Below, one piece after another: positions 62,432-64,000 of a DNA stretch of 64,000 bases. The notes under the pieces were generated by a model. The model did no database searches. It was not told where the DNA came from and was given only the letters and a program-made list of their open reading frames with translations. Both the position numbers and the translations under genes were made by a program. The stretch covers positions 16,864,001-16,928,000 of the forward strand of contig NC_043006.1 in NCBI RefSeq assembly GCF_006345805.1. Direction: 5' to 3'. The stretch comes from Octopus sinensis (taxonomy: Eukaryota). The number at the start of each line of letters is the position of its first letter. Within the stretch, counting starts at the first letter, position 1.

Positions 62432-62759
62432 ACCCCTTTCGGTCATGAATGACCATAGAATTGCACCTAGAAAGTTACCCTCCAAGGTACAACTCCGGGC
62501 AAGGTTGTTTACGGAAGACCAGCAGTCACCCATGCATACTGGCTTCCCCTCTCCATGCCACCAGTGTTGTCCAAGGGAAAGGCCAATACAGCTTGGAATC
62601 AGTGACATTGCAACTCATCTCTACACCTGAGTGAACTAGAGCAACATGAAACAAAGTGTCTTGCTCAAGAACACAACACACAGCCCAGTCCAGGAATCAA
62701 ACTCACTAACTCACGATTGAGAGCCCAACTCTCTAACCACTGAGCCATGTGCCTTCACA
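62432..62759 (-). mobile_element. tRNA-headed CORE-type SINE, same family as 490-832
   Basis: Colinear similarity to 490-832 over about 330 bp. Confidence 0.8.
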
Positions 62760-62967
62760 ATAGAATAGGTTTAGTTATTTGAATCAATTCTAGTAGCTTA
62801 CTCATACTTATTTATATTGACCCAACTCTGAATGAGACAGGTGAGATTATCCTAACTGCTATGTATAGTATGAGATGTTGTTGCATTTTGTATATACCAT
62901 TCTGTTGCGTACAGAATGAGGAATTCTCCCATTCTTTTCATAACATTCTCTTATGTACAGAATAATT

Positions 62968-63617
62968 ATCTCGTGGCCTATGCCAGGGGCATAACCAGCC
63001 TACATATGTGTACCCTTTCTTTCTTTGAACACTAAAACTCTGCTTGCGAAGACCTGTGCAAGTGAAATCAAAATCAAAATTAAATTCAATAACTGGCATC
63101 CGTTCTAGCAGGGTGCAAAGAGCACCATACAAGTGTGATCATTGACAGAGCGGCTAACCGGCTTCAGTGCCAGTGGCACTTAAAAGGCACCATTCGAGTG
63201 TGATCGTTACCAGCGTCACCTTACTGGCACTCAAGCCCCATGCTAGTAGGGTATTAAGAGCACCACCCGAGCATGATCGTTGCCAGAGCAGCTATCTGAC
63301 CTCCATGCCAGTGGCATGTAAAAGACACCATTCGAGCGTGATCGTTACCAGCATCGCCTTACTGGCACCTGTGCCGGTGGCATGTGTAAAAGATTCAAGC
63401 GAGGTCGTTGCCAGTACCGCCTGACTGGCCCCATGCCGGTGGCACATAAAAGCACCCACTACACTCTCGGAGTGGTTGGCGTTAGGAAGGGCATCCAGCT
63501 GCAGAAACTATGCCAGATCAAGATTGAAGCCTGGTGCAGCCATCTGGTTCGCCAGCCTTCAGTCATACGTCCAACCCATGCTAGCATGGAAAGTGGACGT
63601 TAAACAATGATGATGAA
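62968..63617 (+). mobile_element. RTE LINE 3' UTR, near complete, with about five hairpin modules
   Basis: Begins like 52565 (ctcgtggcctatgccaggg) and ends gttaaacaatgatgatg. Confidence 0.85.
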
Positions 63618-64000
63618 TTATGTACAGTATGGTTAAAATACTCATTCTCTCATTCTGTACACAACATTATATAGAGAATGAAGTGTATAATAGACAACAA
63701 CAATAGGATAGTAGAATGCTATGCAAAGAATGAGAGAACACTTCATTCTGTACATAACATTCTCTTGTGTACAGAAGGCGGTGTGTAACTTTAACAACAA
63801 TAATTAATAAAAAAAATCAACAGCTAGCAATTTTCTGTCTCAACATATTAACTAACCTTAAAGCTTGTACATACTTTTTTTAAATAGGACAGTAATCAAT
63901 AAAACAAAAGACACTTTGAAAGGCTTATGAAATTGTCAAGATTTAACTAATACACGAGGATTAGAATGCACGAGTCACAGCTGGCTGAATGGATAGAACA

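Noticed and set aside
490-62759. tRNA genes
   Set aside because: All A/B-box-like sequences are SINE heads with no complete cloverleaf.

Overview
AT-rich, repeat-dense eukaryotic DNA. The SINE, RTE-LINE and MITE content looks like an octopus (coleoid cephalopod) genome; that is inferred from repeat recognition, not from a search. One protein-coding gene is supported: the first three coding exons of a UBE2O-like E2/E3 hybrid ubiquitin-conjugating enzyme on the minus strand (59062-58853, 18994-18821, 3194-3094), separated by GT-AG introns of 39,858 and 15,626 bp with matching phases. The gene continues beyond the left edge. Almost everything else is intronic transposon debris: tRNA-headed SINEs, many RTE-LINE 3' ends, mariner/Tc1/maT/pogo remnants, TTAA and hAT MITEs, a Helitron, Penelope-like termini and microsatellites. 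Nearly all ORFs in the supplied track are repeat artefacts. The most notable unexplained structures are: (1) a 222-bp chimeric insertion beside exon 2, copied from sequences 1.4 kb to the left and 1.7 kb to the right and joined at a 5-bp microhomology; (2) a 5 x 147-bp tandem array; (3) three minimal hammerhead-ribozyme-like motifs in three different retroelement ends; (4) a variable-copy double-hairpin module in the RTE 3' UTR; (5) a PHD finger inside the RTE reverse transcriptase; (6) a 945-bp tandem duplication. I found no convincing novel protein-coding system or true CRISPR array.
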